This document shows, piece after piece, positions 18,840 through 30,346 of a stretch of DNA of 37,275 nt. Position numbers and translations under genes: made by a program. Positions within the stretch are counted from its first letter, which is position 1. Each line of letters begins with the position of its first letter. Under the pieces are notes generated by a model, which was not told where the DNA came from, made no database searches, and saw only the letters and a list, made by a program, of their open reading frames with translations. This DNA is from Trichomonas gallinae. Its lineage: Eukaryota. The stretch covers positions 1-37,275 of the forward strand of contig MRSU01000421.1 of NCBI GenBank assembly GCA_008369845.1, in the 5' to 3' direction.

Positions 18840-20782
18840 TAAATAATAAAAAAATGATCGAATTTTTTAAAAAATATCAAAATAAACTATATTATTAATA
18901 TATAATAATTAAACTAAAAAAAAATAAAACAAACGATGAAAATTTAATAAATGATATATTAATATTAAACAGTTAATATATATTATTAATTTTTCGGATA
19001 TTGAAGGTTCTTTCAAAAATTGTGAACAAATTTTATCTCATCAAATATATTATGCAGTAATCATTCTATAATCTTATATCGCAAAATTATTTAAAAATTG
19101 AATTTATTGAATTTTAGTTGATGAAATATAATTTGTAGTATCAATTAATCAATATTATGGTGCAAAAATTAATTTTTTAATTGGAAAATGGTTTGAAATT
19201 GGATTTTATTGTATATTTAGCATTTTTATATGAAATAAAGTATATTTATTTAGTTAAAATTGATTTTTAAATTTTCAAAAAAAAGAGTAAAATCGATAGT
19301 AAAACATATGTGTAAAGTTGTTCTCTCAACGATAGATTTTTGTGGTGAAAATAATCGTTTTCTCTCCCATTCAATTTTTATGAGCCTTTTGAAAATAAAA
19401 TTATACTTGGCCGGTTCTTATTCTTAGATATTTTGCGGGATTTGCTGTTTATTCACTGTGATATTCCATTATATTTTGTTTTTGAAAATATAGCTCTTAT
19501 TTGTCCAGTTCATCTTTATCTTTTGTGTCATTGATGAGTGCTCGGGAATGTTTTGCTTGTGATTTAGCTTATATATGAATATTATATTACGCCTCAAATA
19601 GTATTCCGTCGATTCATTGAACTTTATTTTCGAAAAAAAATTACTTGCCAAACATTTTGTTTCCAATGCATCAAAATGATCATTTTCTCCAATGGAAATC
19701 AAATCTTTAGCGTCAAATATGAAATTTTCAGTTAGGATGACGTTTTTTTTTATAATTCATACGTTTTATTGTAGCTAATGCGTCAATTCACTATAATTCA
19801 TCCATACATATCATTTCCAATCATCATCATTTTGAACTCGATTTAATTATATTACTTGAAAAATATTATTATGTTCGATTTGCTATTTAACCTTTTGTAT
19901 GCACATAGATTCAACAATCTATTGTAAATCTAAGAGCAAACCAAATAACAACAAACTTTCAATAAAAAAAAATCGAGTCTCTAAAAATACCTAATAAGAC
20001 ACATGTCATTCGAAGTTCAACTATCAATGTTTTGTATTATATCGCTCAAGTTCGTTTAAATTTACGAATATACATTTTTTTACTATAATCTCGTATTTGA
20101 GCGAATATCAGCTACCAATTTTGGTAACCAACGCTATTATTATCTAATTCTTTCTACAACATCATATTTTCTATAATATTCATTTTGATATAATAATTTA
20201 TAGAGAAAAGACACTTTCATAGTGATCATATTTTATAATTATTTTATAGATATAAAACTTTTAAATTCTAATGTCAACTAGCTTCATATTTTCAAAATGA
20301 GATATATATTTCATGCTAAATATCTCATTTAACTTAGTTAGAAACGATATTTTGAGCATCTAATATGATGACTTTCTACATTTACAAAAACTATTTTATT
20401 TTATCACTATAATCTGCATAATGAGAAATCCATCATCCTAGGACGTTAGATTTATATTTAAATTGAAACAGCAAGTACAACTATAAACATATAGAATTTA
20501 GTGGTGCTAGAAAGTTTCAGGTATATATCGCTTTCTTGGAGAATTTGATAATGTAAAGTGTCAGAATTATTTTTGACGTGTAAAATGTCAAAATTAATTC
20601 AAAATAAGAAAAGACTAGATATTATCATTATAGTTTCACTTTTTTGAATTTTCAATTTAAAAAAGTGAAAATTTAATGTCATTGTTTACATTCAAATATT
20701 ATTTTCGAAAAAAATGACATTATATTTAGTTCATGTAAAGTGTCAGATGTCATAATTTGTAGTATATTGTGGCATAATTTTA

Positions 20783-21901
20783 ATGTCTGAAAAACGAGAA
20801 GCACTTGAAAATGACGACTGTGGTAAATTAGTTGAATTGCATATACAGCAAGATACTGAAATCGAGCTTCCTTTGAGTAAAAACCCTATTCCAGCTATAC
20901 ATTATTGTGCAGCATTAAATGCACTTAGTTCTCTTGTATATTTTCATCAACAAAGCAACTCTAATTTACATCCGCTGTCTATAGAAGGACTTTTGCCGTT
21001 GCACTATGCCTTCAAATATGCGTCTTTAGAAATTGTATATTATATCTTACATAATACCGAAAGAGAAAAGATAGATAGTATACTTCAAGATGAGTTAAAT
21101 ACGATAAGGGATATTGATATTGATAAATCATTACTATTTTACGCTGCACAATCTGGAAACTTAGAAATATTCGAAATTTTTGGAAATTATGACTTCGATT
21201 TTTATGAATTTTCAAAATCAAAGCCCAAAATTACTCAGAGCATAATTAATTTGTTGGTATTAAGTCGATCAATTGATTCATTAGTTTATTTCTTAAAAGC
21301 AATCACGCAAAAACGAAATCAATCGCATATATATAGGAATCCTTTAATTATAGCTATACAAAGCTATCAATCACTAGATACAATCAAATTATTAGCTGAA
21401 GTTTGCGATGTTAATTTTATTGATCAAGCGCCATCAATCAAAAGGAATGTATTTCAAGTTGCATGTTATTGTAAGAATCCTGATGCAGCAGAAATCCTTC
21501 TTGAAAAAATTAATAAAATCGAAACTAAAGAAACAGAAAAAGCAATTGTTTCATTGCTATGTTTAGGTAGTCCAAAAGTCACAAAATTAGCCTTGTCCAG
21601 ATTCACAATTGATATCAAAGAATTATATAATTCATCTTATGTTTTAACAGAAGATAGTGAAAAATCTACCGAAATGTTGCAAGCTTTCCTAGATAATGGT
21701 TATGATATAATTAATAAACAACCCACAGGTCAATCATTACTAGAAATTTATGTCAAGAATATGATTACAAATTATAATGTTATTAAATTCCTAATTAAAA
21801 ACGGTGCCAAAGTAGAACTATCGCTTATGGACCATTTCAAAAAGAAGCCAAAACTCATTAAAATGATGAAAGAATTTCCAAATATTTTTAATCAAAAATG
21901 A
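20783..21901 (+). CDS. Ankyrin-repeat protein
   Basis: Degenerate ankyrin repeats (PAIHYCA, GLLPLHYAF, SLLFYAA, NPLIIAI, VIKFLIKNGAKV). Confidence 0.85.
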   Translation: MSEKREALENDDCGKLVELHIQQDTEIELPLSKNPIPAIHYCAALNALSSLVYFHQQSNSNLHPLSIEGLLPLHYAFKYASLEIVYYILHNTEREKIDSILQDELNTIRDIDIDKSLLFYAAQSGNLEIFEIFGNYDFDFYEFSKSKPKITQSIINLLVLSRSIDSLVYFLKAITQKRNQSHIYRNPLIIAIQSYQSLDTIKLLAEVCDVNFIDQAPSIKRNVFQVACYCKNPDAAEILLEKINKIETKETEKAIVSLLCLGSPKVTKLALSRFTIDIKELYNSSYVLTEDSEKSTEMLQAFLDNGYDIINKQPTGQSLLEIYVKNMITNYNVIKFLIKNGAKVELSLMDHFKKKPKLIKMMKEFPNIFNQK

Positions 21902-22331
21902 TTGTACTTCTAAACTCGATTTTTTGTTTTATTTCGATCTTTTCAAAGTTTTTTTCTGAGAAAAACAATATGCTAACAGTGTGCATACAAATATATTGCT
22001 TTAGAAAGAATTTTAGATATAAACTTGGCTTTATATTGATATATGCAGCTCTAGAATATGTATATCCCCTTTAAATTTTTTGATTTGCTTAGAATAAGAA
22101 CTCATATTTTTATTAAAAATTTATTTTATAAGTTCAATTTTTGAGAAATTTAACATAATCAAAAAATTTAAAATCAATATATAGACTTAAAAATTCTCAT
22201 AGAATGCAAATCATTGATGAAAATGAATTTTTATTAATATTTCATTTTGATTTAAAATATTTCTATAAGAATAAATATAAATGTAAAAATAGAGATATTT
22301 TGGATGTTTACCCTAACAAATAAATATAAAA

Positions 22332-24437
22332 TTAGTCTTTGTGCTCTATTGCATCTTCATTATCTGGACCATCTTCGTCATCAGCTTCAGCCGGCTCTGG
22401 TTCTGATGTTGGTGGAACCCACTGGTCAATATGCTCAACGAGATACTCGAATTTGGCTTCATTCGTCCAATCTTGCTTAATCAAATTAGAAGCAGCCCAA
22501 ACAAGTGTCTGAACAAACTCAACGAAAGTGACCTTGCAGTGCATGAAGCTCGTGAAGTACTTCCTGAACTCGTTCGCCTCGTCTTCGGAAACAGCGCGAG
22601 AAACGCCGCTGTACTTGATGAATAATAAGATTTGCATGACAGTGAGATCTCCGCTCTCGAAAAGGCCGCGCTTGCCCATGAATAGGATTATATCTCTAAC
22701 TGTCATGAGGCCATTGTAAGAAGTAATGTCTACATCGACATTAGAATCTAATCTTACGGCAGCGTCGAGCTGCTTGGTCTGGAATGTAGATGTTCCGCTT
22801 GAATAGCCACAGAACGATAAGTAGAGATCTAAAAGCTTTGGAGAAACTTCTGTAATCATATCATCAAACTTTTGTTCCGAAATTGAGCGTCTGAATGTTG
22901 ACCATTCGTTTTCTGGCTGTGTGTCATCGACAAATATTAAGTTTTCAAGGAATCTTGTCACTTGTAAAATCAATGAATCTGGGAATTGGCTTCCGAGTCT
23001 GTGATGGGCTAAACGAACAAGCGATTCGAATAGTTGATAGAGGAAAAGTGTTGCAAATGGATCAGGAGCATCTTGAAGCGGGTTATTTCTGAAATTCGAT
23101 TGTGAAATATCTTCTGTGCTCATTGAGAATCCGTATGTTGATCTCAATAATGGAGATGCATCCTCCTGACCAAGTGTTGTTGGCTCTTCTTCTTTGACAA
23201 TTGATGGTTTTTCTAAATTCCACTTAATAACGTCATCTGCGTCTGTTAAGCGGAACTCCGGGTCGAGAATTGTGCCTTTGTCCTGGATAAACCTCCACAT
23301 GCCGATCATTCTTAATGCTGTGATTGTTTTATCGTCTGCCCATTGGATTCTTGAGTATTGCTGATAGAGAGCGCGAAGCTTTGGAAGGAAGCGAACATAA
23401 ATGTTGCATAAAGAGTTCATAACTTCATCCGCAGATTCTGATGGCGCTAAAAGTCCATCAAGAGAGAACGAGAGCGAAATGGATGGCGTTGGAACGAAGA
23501 GCTGTCCGTTCTGGTAGATAGAACCCTCGCGGAATTCACTCTCGTAAACGCGTCCATCGCGAGATGTAAATGTGCCTTGGCCGTTCTTCAGGTTATTCTC
23601 CCATTGGCCTTTGTAGACGGCACCATTTGCGTAGTAAAATGTTCCCTTTCCGTTTCTCAGCGAATCCTTGAACTCACCGAGATATCTGTTTGATTGGACG
23701 AATTGAACAGAAGGCGCTTGAGCAGAGAACGCGTAAACGATTTCTCCATTGCCCTCCATCCTTCCTTCGACGAAATCACCGATGTAATACGAGCCACTCT
23801 CTTTCCACAAGAATTTTCCTTTTCCGTGGCGTTTGTCGTTGTGCCATTCGCCCTCGTAGACGTTTCCTGTTGGGTAGTGCATTGTTCCCTTGCCGCATCT
23901 CAGTCCGTTCTCGAAATGGCCCTCGTAGTAATGCTCGCAGCCTTCTTGTCCGTAATAACAGATTCCTTCTCCGTGAAAGAGTCCATCATGCCACTCTCCT
24001 TCGTAGACGAAGATCTTCGGCCCGTTGCAGCGGTATTTGCCTTTGCCTTCGCGGACGCCGTTGACAACAGATCCGGTATATACAGATCCGTCTTTCCACT
24101 GTATTGTTCCGACGCCAGTGAGAGCTCCCCACTTGAATGTTCCTGTGTATTGAGCTCCTAATTCTGTCCATTTATACGTACCATTTCCGTGAATAATTCC
24201 TTCTTTCATTTCGCCTTGATATTCATTTCCGCTGAAGAATACGATGTTGTTGTCTGTTACTGTTTGTGCAAAGCATTTCGTTACTGAGGAGCAGAATAAA
24301 AATCCGAACGGATTTTCTGTTGAATCCTCGGCAGAATTCTCTGATTGCTGTTCAGGGATATCCTCCGACTCGTCCTCCTCTTCAACATGAGGAATTTCCT
24401 CCTGATTCTCTACTTGATTTTCCTGCTCTTCACTCAT
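22332..24437 (-). CDS. MORN-repeat protein, radial spoke head 10B (RSPH10B)-like
   Basis: Acidic N-terminus, about 10 MORN repeats (YEGEWHNDKRHGKG), then a helical domain (LRALYQQYS..MWRFIQD). ATG at 24437. Confidence 0.8.
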   Translation of the reverse strand: MSEEQENQVENQEEIPHVEEEDESEDIPEQQSENSAEDSTENPFGFLFCSSVTKCFAQTVTDNNIVFFSGNEYQGEMKEGIIHGNGTYKWTELGAQYTGTFKWGALTGVGTIQWKDGSVYTGSVVNGVREGKGKYRCNGPKIFVYEGEWHDGLFHGEGICYYGQEGCEHYYEGHFENGLRCGKGTMHYPTGNVYEGEWHNDKRHGKGKFLWKESGSYYIGDFVEGRMEGNGEIVYAFSAQAPSVQFVQSNRYLGEFKDSLRNGKGTFYYANGAVYKGQWENNLKNGQGTFTSRDGRVYESEFREGSIYQNGQLFVPTPSISLSFSLDGLLAPSESADEVMNSLCNIYVRFLPKLRALYQQYSRIQWADDKTITALRMIGMWRFIQDKGTILDPEFRLTDADDVIKWNLEKPSIVKEEEPTTLGQEDASPLLRSTYGFSMSTEDISQSNFRNNPLQDAPDPFATLFLYQLFESLVRLAHHRLGSQFPDSLILQVTRFLENLIFVDDTQPENEWSTFRRSISEQKFDDMITEVSPKLLDLYLSFCGYSSGTSTFQTKQLDAAVRLDSNVDVDITSYNGLMTVRDIILFMGKRGLFESGDLTVMQILLFIKYSGVSRAVSEDEANEFRKYFTSFMHCKVTFVEFVQTLVWAASNLIKQDWTNEAKFEYLVEHIDQWVPPTSEPEPAEADDEDGPDNEDAIEHKD

Positions 24438-24955
24438 CCTTAATAACGGATGCTGTAAACTTGTCACGTTTTTAATTTTTAAAATTTTCTTTCTCCATTT
24501 TATTTCAAATATCGACAATACATCAATAATATACCATATCACCAAAATTTTCAATCAATAATAATCAATATATAATTTTATCAAAAAAAAATATTTTGAT
24601 TTAAAGACATGAGAGTGAAGAATCATATAAAATTTTTCGTTTCTTTTTAATGCCTAATGAAACAATAAAGCATATTTTAAATTTTGAAAATATTTTGAAA
24701 TTAAAAATGGTATGTTTGATTTTATAGTAATAATTTAAATATATTTTAGTGAGCACAATACCTGTAATATAGAAATTATTTAAAACAAACAAAAAATTTA
24801 AAATAATAATAATCCTTTTCTGTTTTGATGATAAGAAAGTATTATTTTTGTGCAATAATGTTCTATGCTAATAGAAATTTAGTTCAATTTTTTTCGAAAA
24901 ATAAAATTATGATTGTTAAATTGTTATGATGTCAATGCAATTGTGGAGTTGTAAG

Positions 24956-25612
24956 TTAGTTGTTTTCACGTGGAAGTGGCTTTGGCAAATTAATTTTGTA
25001 AATTTGGCTCTGCAAGTAGAGAGTTACGATGGATTTGATAATGGCACCAATGATTGGAATTTCTGAAATTGAAAAGCTGAAGAACATGAACAATTTAAGT
25101 GAAAGATAAAAATCAATTTCGAAATTATTAACAAAAGAAAGCTCAACGCATGTATCATTATTTCCCTGCCATGTGAGTAACATTGTAGTATTGAACTTGA
25201 TGACATCTAATCTAAGAATTAAGTTCTTTCTGTTTAAACCAATGTCAAATGACGGGCCAATGTCGCATCTGATTGGCATAACTATACGAATATCGTCAGC
25301 CTCCTTCATTTTGAGTGTTGAAATATGGCTGATTATTGGGTTTTGTCCAATTGAGTGCAATTTGAAATGATTTGGTGCAATCATATTTGAAACTGCATTT
25401 GAGACTTTCTCGAGGCCCTCAGGTGTATCAAGGATATCCATTGCTCTTTCAATCGAAAAGTTCAGCCAATCTACAGATTCAGTAACTGGCTTAGTTGTGA
25501 GCTCCATTGGTGGGATAACTTTGGCTATAAAAGGTATAACACCACGAAGTACTAACAAAATCAGCAAAAAGATGAATATGTACTTCAAGCAAACATAAAA
25601 CAAAGGACTCAT
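24956..25612 (-). CDS. TM-anchored SMP-domain lipid-transfer protein, Mmm1-like
   Basis: N-terminal TM helix, ESVDWLN SMP start motif, IGQNPII, and C-terminal ISEIPIIGAIIK. No C2 domains. Confidence 0.65.
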   Translation of the reverse strand: MSPLFYVCLKYIFIFLLILLVLRGVIPFIAKVIPPMELTTKPVTESVDWLNFSIERAMDILDTPEGLEKVSNAVSNMIAPNHFKLHSIGQNPIISHISTLKMKEADDIRIVMPIRCDIGPSFDIGLNRKNLILRLDVIKFNTTMLLTWQGNNDTCVELSFVNNFEIDFYLSLKLFMFFSFSISEIPIIGAIIKSIVTLYLQSQIYKINLPKPLPRENN

Positions 25613-26104
25613 CTTTTTTGTAAATTTATTTTTGTCATATTAACCTTATATCATTTTACATGACAAATACCAAAAAAATATATAACGATTTTTCATGTAA
25701 AATTCACCTCAAAGATTTTGTTTCAATGATTTACATGTCAAATATTTGTAATTTTGAAAACTGTTTTTATCAAACTTTTTGTCAAAAATTTGTCTTAAAA
25801 AATTTAGGCTTATTAACTTTACATGATAAAAATATCATTTACACGACATTTAAAAATGAAATTTGCTTGCATTTGTAAACTAAAAATATTTTACATGTCA
25901 ATTTATCACAATTATTACGGACTCGACAAAAAAACGTTTTTTCTAATGCTGTCAAAAACACATTCATTCAAGGCCTTTTCACAGCCAAACTTTGGTTTTA
26001 AATTAGTTGACTTACACAATGATGTATAACTAATAATCAGGGAAACATGTGACGCTAAATCTTTACAAAATTTGAAAAAAAAAAAAAAAAAATCAAAAAC
26101 TTGA
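25613..26104. promoter_or_regulatory. Divergent promoter region with clustered TTTACATG[A/T]CA motifs
   Basis: Copies at 25655, 25730 and 25890, with variants at about 25692, 25818 and 25838. An A18 tract at 26075-26092 is followed by TCAAAA. Confidence 0.6.
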
Positions 26105-27868
26105 ATGAAGAGGAATTGGAAAGATATAAATCTTTCCACATTCCAAGGCAGAAGTTTACCAGGGTCAAGCCTCGGGAAACGGAAGCAGTACAAGTTTGCT
26201 AACCCCCAGCTCGCAAGTTCAACGCTAAGCGCGAAACCGGAAGTAACATATTCTCATTTAGCACAAAACTTCGAGCCAGAAACCGAAATACGCGAAAATA
26301 TATCACTTTCGGAATTCGCAGATGATACTATACAAGATATGACACCAGACGAGAAAATTCCATTAATGTTATCAATTACATCCAGTAGAAACTTTTTTTC
26401 ATCGACACTTGTTAATTTCGACAACGACATTCTGCCAGATGTATCAGATGCATCATTCGAGCGCATATTGAAATACAAATTAAACATTTGCACAGATATT
26501 TACGATTTTGATAATCCTGATCCAGTCGTTTCAACACTCAGAGAGCAGAAAACTAGCGTGCTCAGGGAGCTGTGCACGCTATTCGACAACCCAGATAAGT
26601 CTCTGCAGCTTTCAACTACATCAAGACAACTTATCTGGCAAGTTTTGTATACGAATATATTCGATCAGGAACCTAGGTTTCCTTCAAAGTCAAAGTCATT
26701 CTTATATACTGTACAGATCATTGATCCAATGTGGCCGCATTTAGTTTTGGCCTTTCAAATTTTGAACAAATATATTACTTATTTCCCGAATGATAAATGT
26801 TTGACACCGGATTTGATCAAGAGAGCTGTTTATCTTACAAATCTCCCAGATCCAAACGTAAGAGGCAAGTTATTAGCATTTTTGAAATGTATTCTCGACA
26901 AAAGATTGGATATGTTCCACACCATCACAAAGGCAGCTGGTGATCAACTCCTAGGTATAGTAAATGACGTATTACCACCATATTGCGCTACACCTTTATT
27001 ACAATTATTAGCAAATCTTTATCAGAAAACAAATCAGCATCCACCATCAGCATTTAATAAAGTCATACAATACGTTGTACTACCTCTTTTATCTTCACAA
27101 TACTTCCCAACATTTGCAAGTTCATTCAATAGCTTAATAACCACTATTCTGTCAGTTCCACAGGAAACCCCATCTGTACTTCCAAAGTTAAGAGAAGGCA
27201 TCAAGAAAGGATCCTTTGATAGACCAATATTAAAATCAACAAAATCTGCAAATACGAATTTTCTATCATTTAACAGTTTAGGAAAGTGCAGGGTTACTAA
27301 ACTTACTGATAACGACGTTTATACAGCGTTAGACAAATATTGGCCGCGAACTTGCGGAACAAAAGCGTTGCCTTTCCTAGAAACGCTTTTCGCAACAATG
27401 GATGCAGCCACATACATACTTACTACTTCAAAAGTTGAAAGAATCTGCAATTTCCTTGCAAACCTCCTCAAATCAGAAAATATTAAAGTTAATAACAGAA
27501 TTTTGGCTTTGTTTAAGCAACAAACGATGCCAAAATGGGTACAAAAGTTCTCAAAAACAGTTACAGATATATTTACCCCTGTTCTCATAAAATTAAAAAC
27601 AACAATAGCAATTAACTGCGAAGAAAAAGGAATTACGACAGCTCTCCAAGAGATTCTCAACCTGGGAAGAAAAGGAGAAGCAATTGGACCTGATTATGCA
27701 GATAGAAAAGATAAGCGCGTTGATAGGATAGATATGTGGGTTGCTTTGTCTCAAGTAGCTGTTCTTAATGGGTTCAAGCATGACCACGCGAAGTTTAAGT
27801 CGTCTGTTGTCAACCAAGAAGATTGTCTGCCTACACAAGCCCATTTTATGCCATGTCTTCGACTTTAG
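26105..27868 (+). CDS. Divergent PP2A regulatory subunit B' (B56) family protein
   Basis: KLNICTDIYDFD, DPMWPHLVLAFQIL and ALDKYWPRT match B56 landmarks. Confidence 0.82.
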   Translation: MKRNWKDINLSTFQGRSLPGSSLGKRKQYKFANPQLASSTLSAKPEVTYSHLAQNFEPETEIRENISLSEFADDTIQDMTPDEKIPLMLSITSSRNFFSSTLVNFDNDILPDVSDASFERILKYKLNICTDIYDFDNPDPVVSTLREQKTSVLRELCTLFDNPDKSLQLSTTSRQLIWQVLYTNIFDQEPRFPSKSKSFLYTVQIIDPMWPHLVLAFQILNKYITYFPNDKCLTPDLIKRAVYLTNLPDPNVRGKLLAFLKCILDKRLDMFHTITKAAGDQLLGIVNDVLPPYCATPLLQLLANLYQKTNQHPPSAFNKVIQYVVLPLLSSQYFPTFASSFNSLITTILSVPQETPSVLPKLREGIKKGSFDRPILKSTKSANTNFLSFNSLGKCRVTKLTDNDVYTALDKYWPRTCGTKALPFLETLFATMDAATYILTTSKVERICNFLANLLKSENIKVNNRILALFKQQTMPKWVQKFSKTVTDIFTPVLIKLKTTIAINCEEKGITTALQEILNLGRKGEAIGPDYADRKDKRVDRIDMWVALSQVAVLNGFKHDHAKFKSSVVNQEDCLPTQAHFMPCLRL

Positions 27869-28652
27869 TTTGTTGTTTTTGTTCTTTTGTTAATAAAGTT
27901 TGTGTTTATATTATTAAATCGTTATCAATATTTCATTCATTATTTCAATATCATTGATTATTGTATTAAATCATGTAATGATAACAATGTCATTGAAAAT
28001 ATGTTAATGAATATTCAGATTAGCACTGATTTTAAGTTGATTCGTGAAAAAAAAATTCACAAAATAAAAAATGTTGGAATTTTTTAATTCATAATTATGG
28101 CAAATTTAGAAAATTCATATAAATTTTCATGCACTTCATGTCACTACTATTTTGAATTCCAAATGTGCGACTCTTTTTTATTCCATCCCCAAAATCATGA
28201 ATTCAAAGCAGTATAATTAGAATAATTCTACAGCTTTTTCAGAGCAGCAAAACCGCTCGATGAAATATATAGTTGCAGCATATCTTTTTTCCAATCCTGA
28301 TATTCCATTTTTGAATTTTTGAATAATTTTTTTTGAATCCCATTTTGAAATAATAATATCAATAAAAACCATAATAATAACTCTTGTCTGATTGAATAAT
28401 ACATTAATTTCGACTTCACAGCAACAAATTTTTATAAAAACGTTCTATCTCAATCAATGTTTCAATATCAATAAATTGTAATTATCTTTTTTTATTTCAT
28501 TTTATTAACATTTATATTTAGAGAAATAGGTGATTAAAATATAACTAAATTTTTTGATTTTGATTAATTTTGAATAATCTGAAAATTCACGACTCACTTT
28601 TTTTTGTGAAAACAAAACGACGAAATTTGAATCACTTCATTTTTGTTTCTAC

Positions 28653-29770
28653 ATGGCATCACTCAGGTTCATCGAGTATCTAAAAGAAACTTCATGGACA
28701 ATGAATATATTAATCGCAATTACAGCCTTTTTACTCTTTCCATCAATTCTTGGAGCGTTTATCATTTGGATGCAACAAATAATTCCTCTCATATCGTTCG
28801 TAGACATTCACAAGCAGTTTTGCTCGAATGATGAAGATGATAGAAGGAGCAGTTTATCTGGATCAATGGATGCGATCAAGGTGAATATATTAAAAGAATG
28901 ACTCTTTATGACTTTAATATATGTTCTGCAGGCTTATTGTTTTTGGTATGACTTGCATGGACCGTAATTGCATGTTTTGGTTTGTCGAGTCAGCGAAGAA
29001 TGAAGAGGAATAACGTGCACAGCTCAAAGTTGTTGACAGATAACTCGAATGAAAGAAAAACCAAGATTTAGTAAATCAAGATTTGAAGCTAAAATCTCAG
29101 ATTATCTATCTAGACAACACCACAAAGATAGCAGAGACAGAGAAGAACAAACCGACTAAATTGAACAAACAGCTTCTCGAACAAATATTCAAAATACACG
29201 AAAGATCTAAAAGACTTAATTATTGATGAAATAGAAGAAAGAAATGCTATGCGAAAATCAATGAGATTCCTGAAGAAGATTTAAAAAAATTGCAGAGTCA
29301 GCTGAAAGATATTTCAAAGGCTTCAAATGAAGAACATAGCCATCATTATGAAGTCTAATGCCGCAGAAGCACAAGGTCTTAAAGATCAAATGAATAATTC
29401 ACATAATAAATACGAATATCAGTCGAAATTTCACAACTATAATTTCACGATGAAAAGGATAAGTATATTTTGCCATAATGCAGCTTAAGACAGAGTACGA
29501 AACAAAAATATCAATATTAAAAAGAAAAGGAAAGTTAAGTTAATTCATTGAAAGCTCAGATCATCGAAAAACACCTTGTTAAAAGATTTCGAGAAAAGAC
29601 TGAAAGCTCGAGATGTACAACTAGATTTAGAGAGCACAGAGAAATCTGGCAGCTTGATTCTGCAGATAGATAACTATGATACTGTTAATATGAGCTGCTC
29701 AAAGAAAAGTAGAGAATTTATAATATATGAATTCAACACTGTAAAAAGCAAATAAACAAGCAAATGCATG
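28653..29770 (+). pseudogene. Decayed membrane-anchored coiled-coil gene (3' boundary approximate)
   Basis: Inr-like TCACT/TCATT at 28632-28641 and ATG 28653. An 82-codon hydrophobic start is followed by purine-rich coding-like sequence broken by many stops and frame changes. Confidence 0.55.
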
Positions 29771-29869
29771 AATACTAATATTCTTTTACATGAAAGTTTT
29801 TTTGCAAATTATGAAAATAAAAATAAATGAAAAATTATGCAAAAAATCGATAAGCCGGGTTGATAGTAC

Positions 29870-30346
29870 TTCACATCGTCTGGTATGCTCTCCTAAGCTT
29901 CATTTTTCATGACAGGTTTGTCAGCAAGAAGAGAAACCTATGAAAGTTTGTGGAAGTTTTTGAAGAATGTTCCAGCACCAGCTCTAGAATTGCATAATTT
30001 GACAAGTGCACCAATATGAGGAGCCACGAAAGATTCATCGATAATGGAATAAGTCCAGCCGATGATGCCGTCAACGCGTGTCAAAGTGACAACTTTTGTC
30101 AAAATTTCCAGAATCTGTCTTCTCGTGGCCAAGTCAGCCAATGGAGAAGCGAGCAACTGTTCTGTGTGCCTATGTTGACTGTTGACGAAGAAGAAGTCGA
30201 AGTGACACTGTTCTCTTGCTTTTGTGAGAATAGTAAGACGGGCAGCCTCGACATTGGCAGCAACGTCGATACATATAGTGACATTGCCGCCAATGCCGAA
30301 GCTGCTCGTTTCTGTTGGCTGCCTTCTCAGTCTGCCACGATTTCAT
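29870..30346 (-). pseudogene. Frameshifted gene fragment of unknown family
   Basis: GC-elevated island. The frame is open from 30342 to 29938 with C-ending codon bias. ATG 30346 is 1 nt out of frame. Confidence 0.5.

Noticed and set aside
24438..24554. N-terminal extensions in the ORF track (also 2297-2365, 14671-14694, 17315-17326, 32774-32824)
   Set aside because: They mostly use bacterial-style TTG/GTG starts and run through AT-rich promoter sequence containing the upstream motifs. The downstream ATGs fit better.
24601..26193. Short AT-rich ORFs 24601-24855, 25660-25878, 25823-26029, 25915-26193 (also 27887-28087, 33207-33512, 34874-35083)
   Set aside because: F/I/K/N-rich translations of spacer or promoter DNA with no coding signature.
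30255..30295. ICIDVAA resembling the enolase (G/C)MDVAA motif
   Set aside because: Flanking residues do not follow enolase, and the match is too short to support the call.
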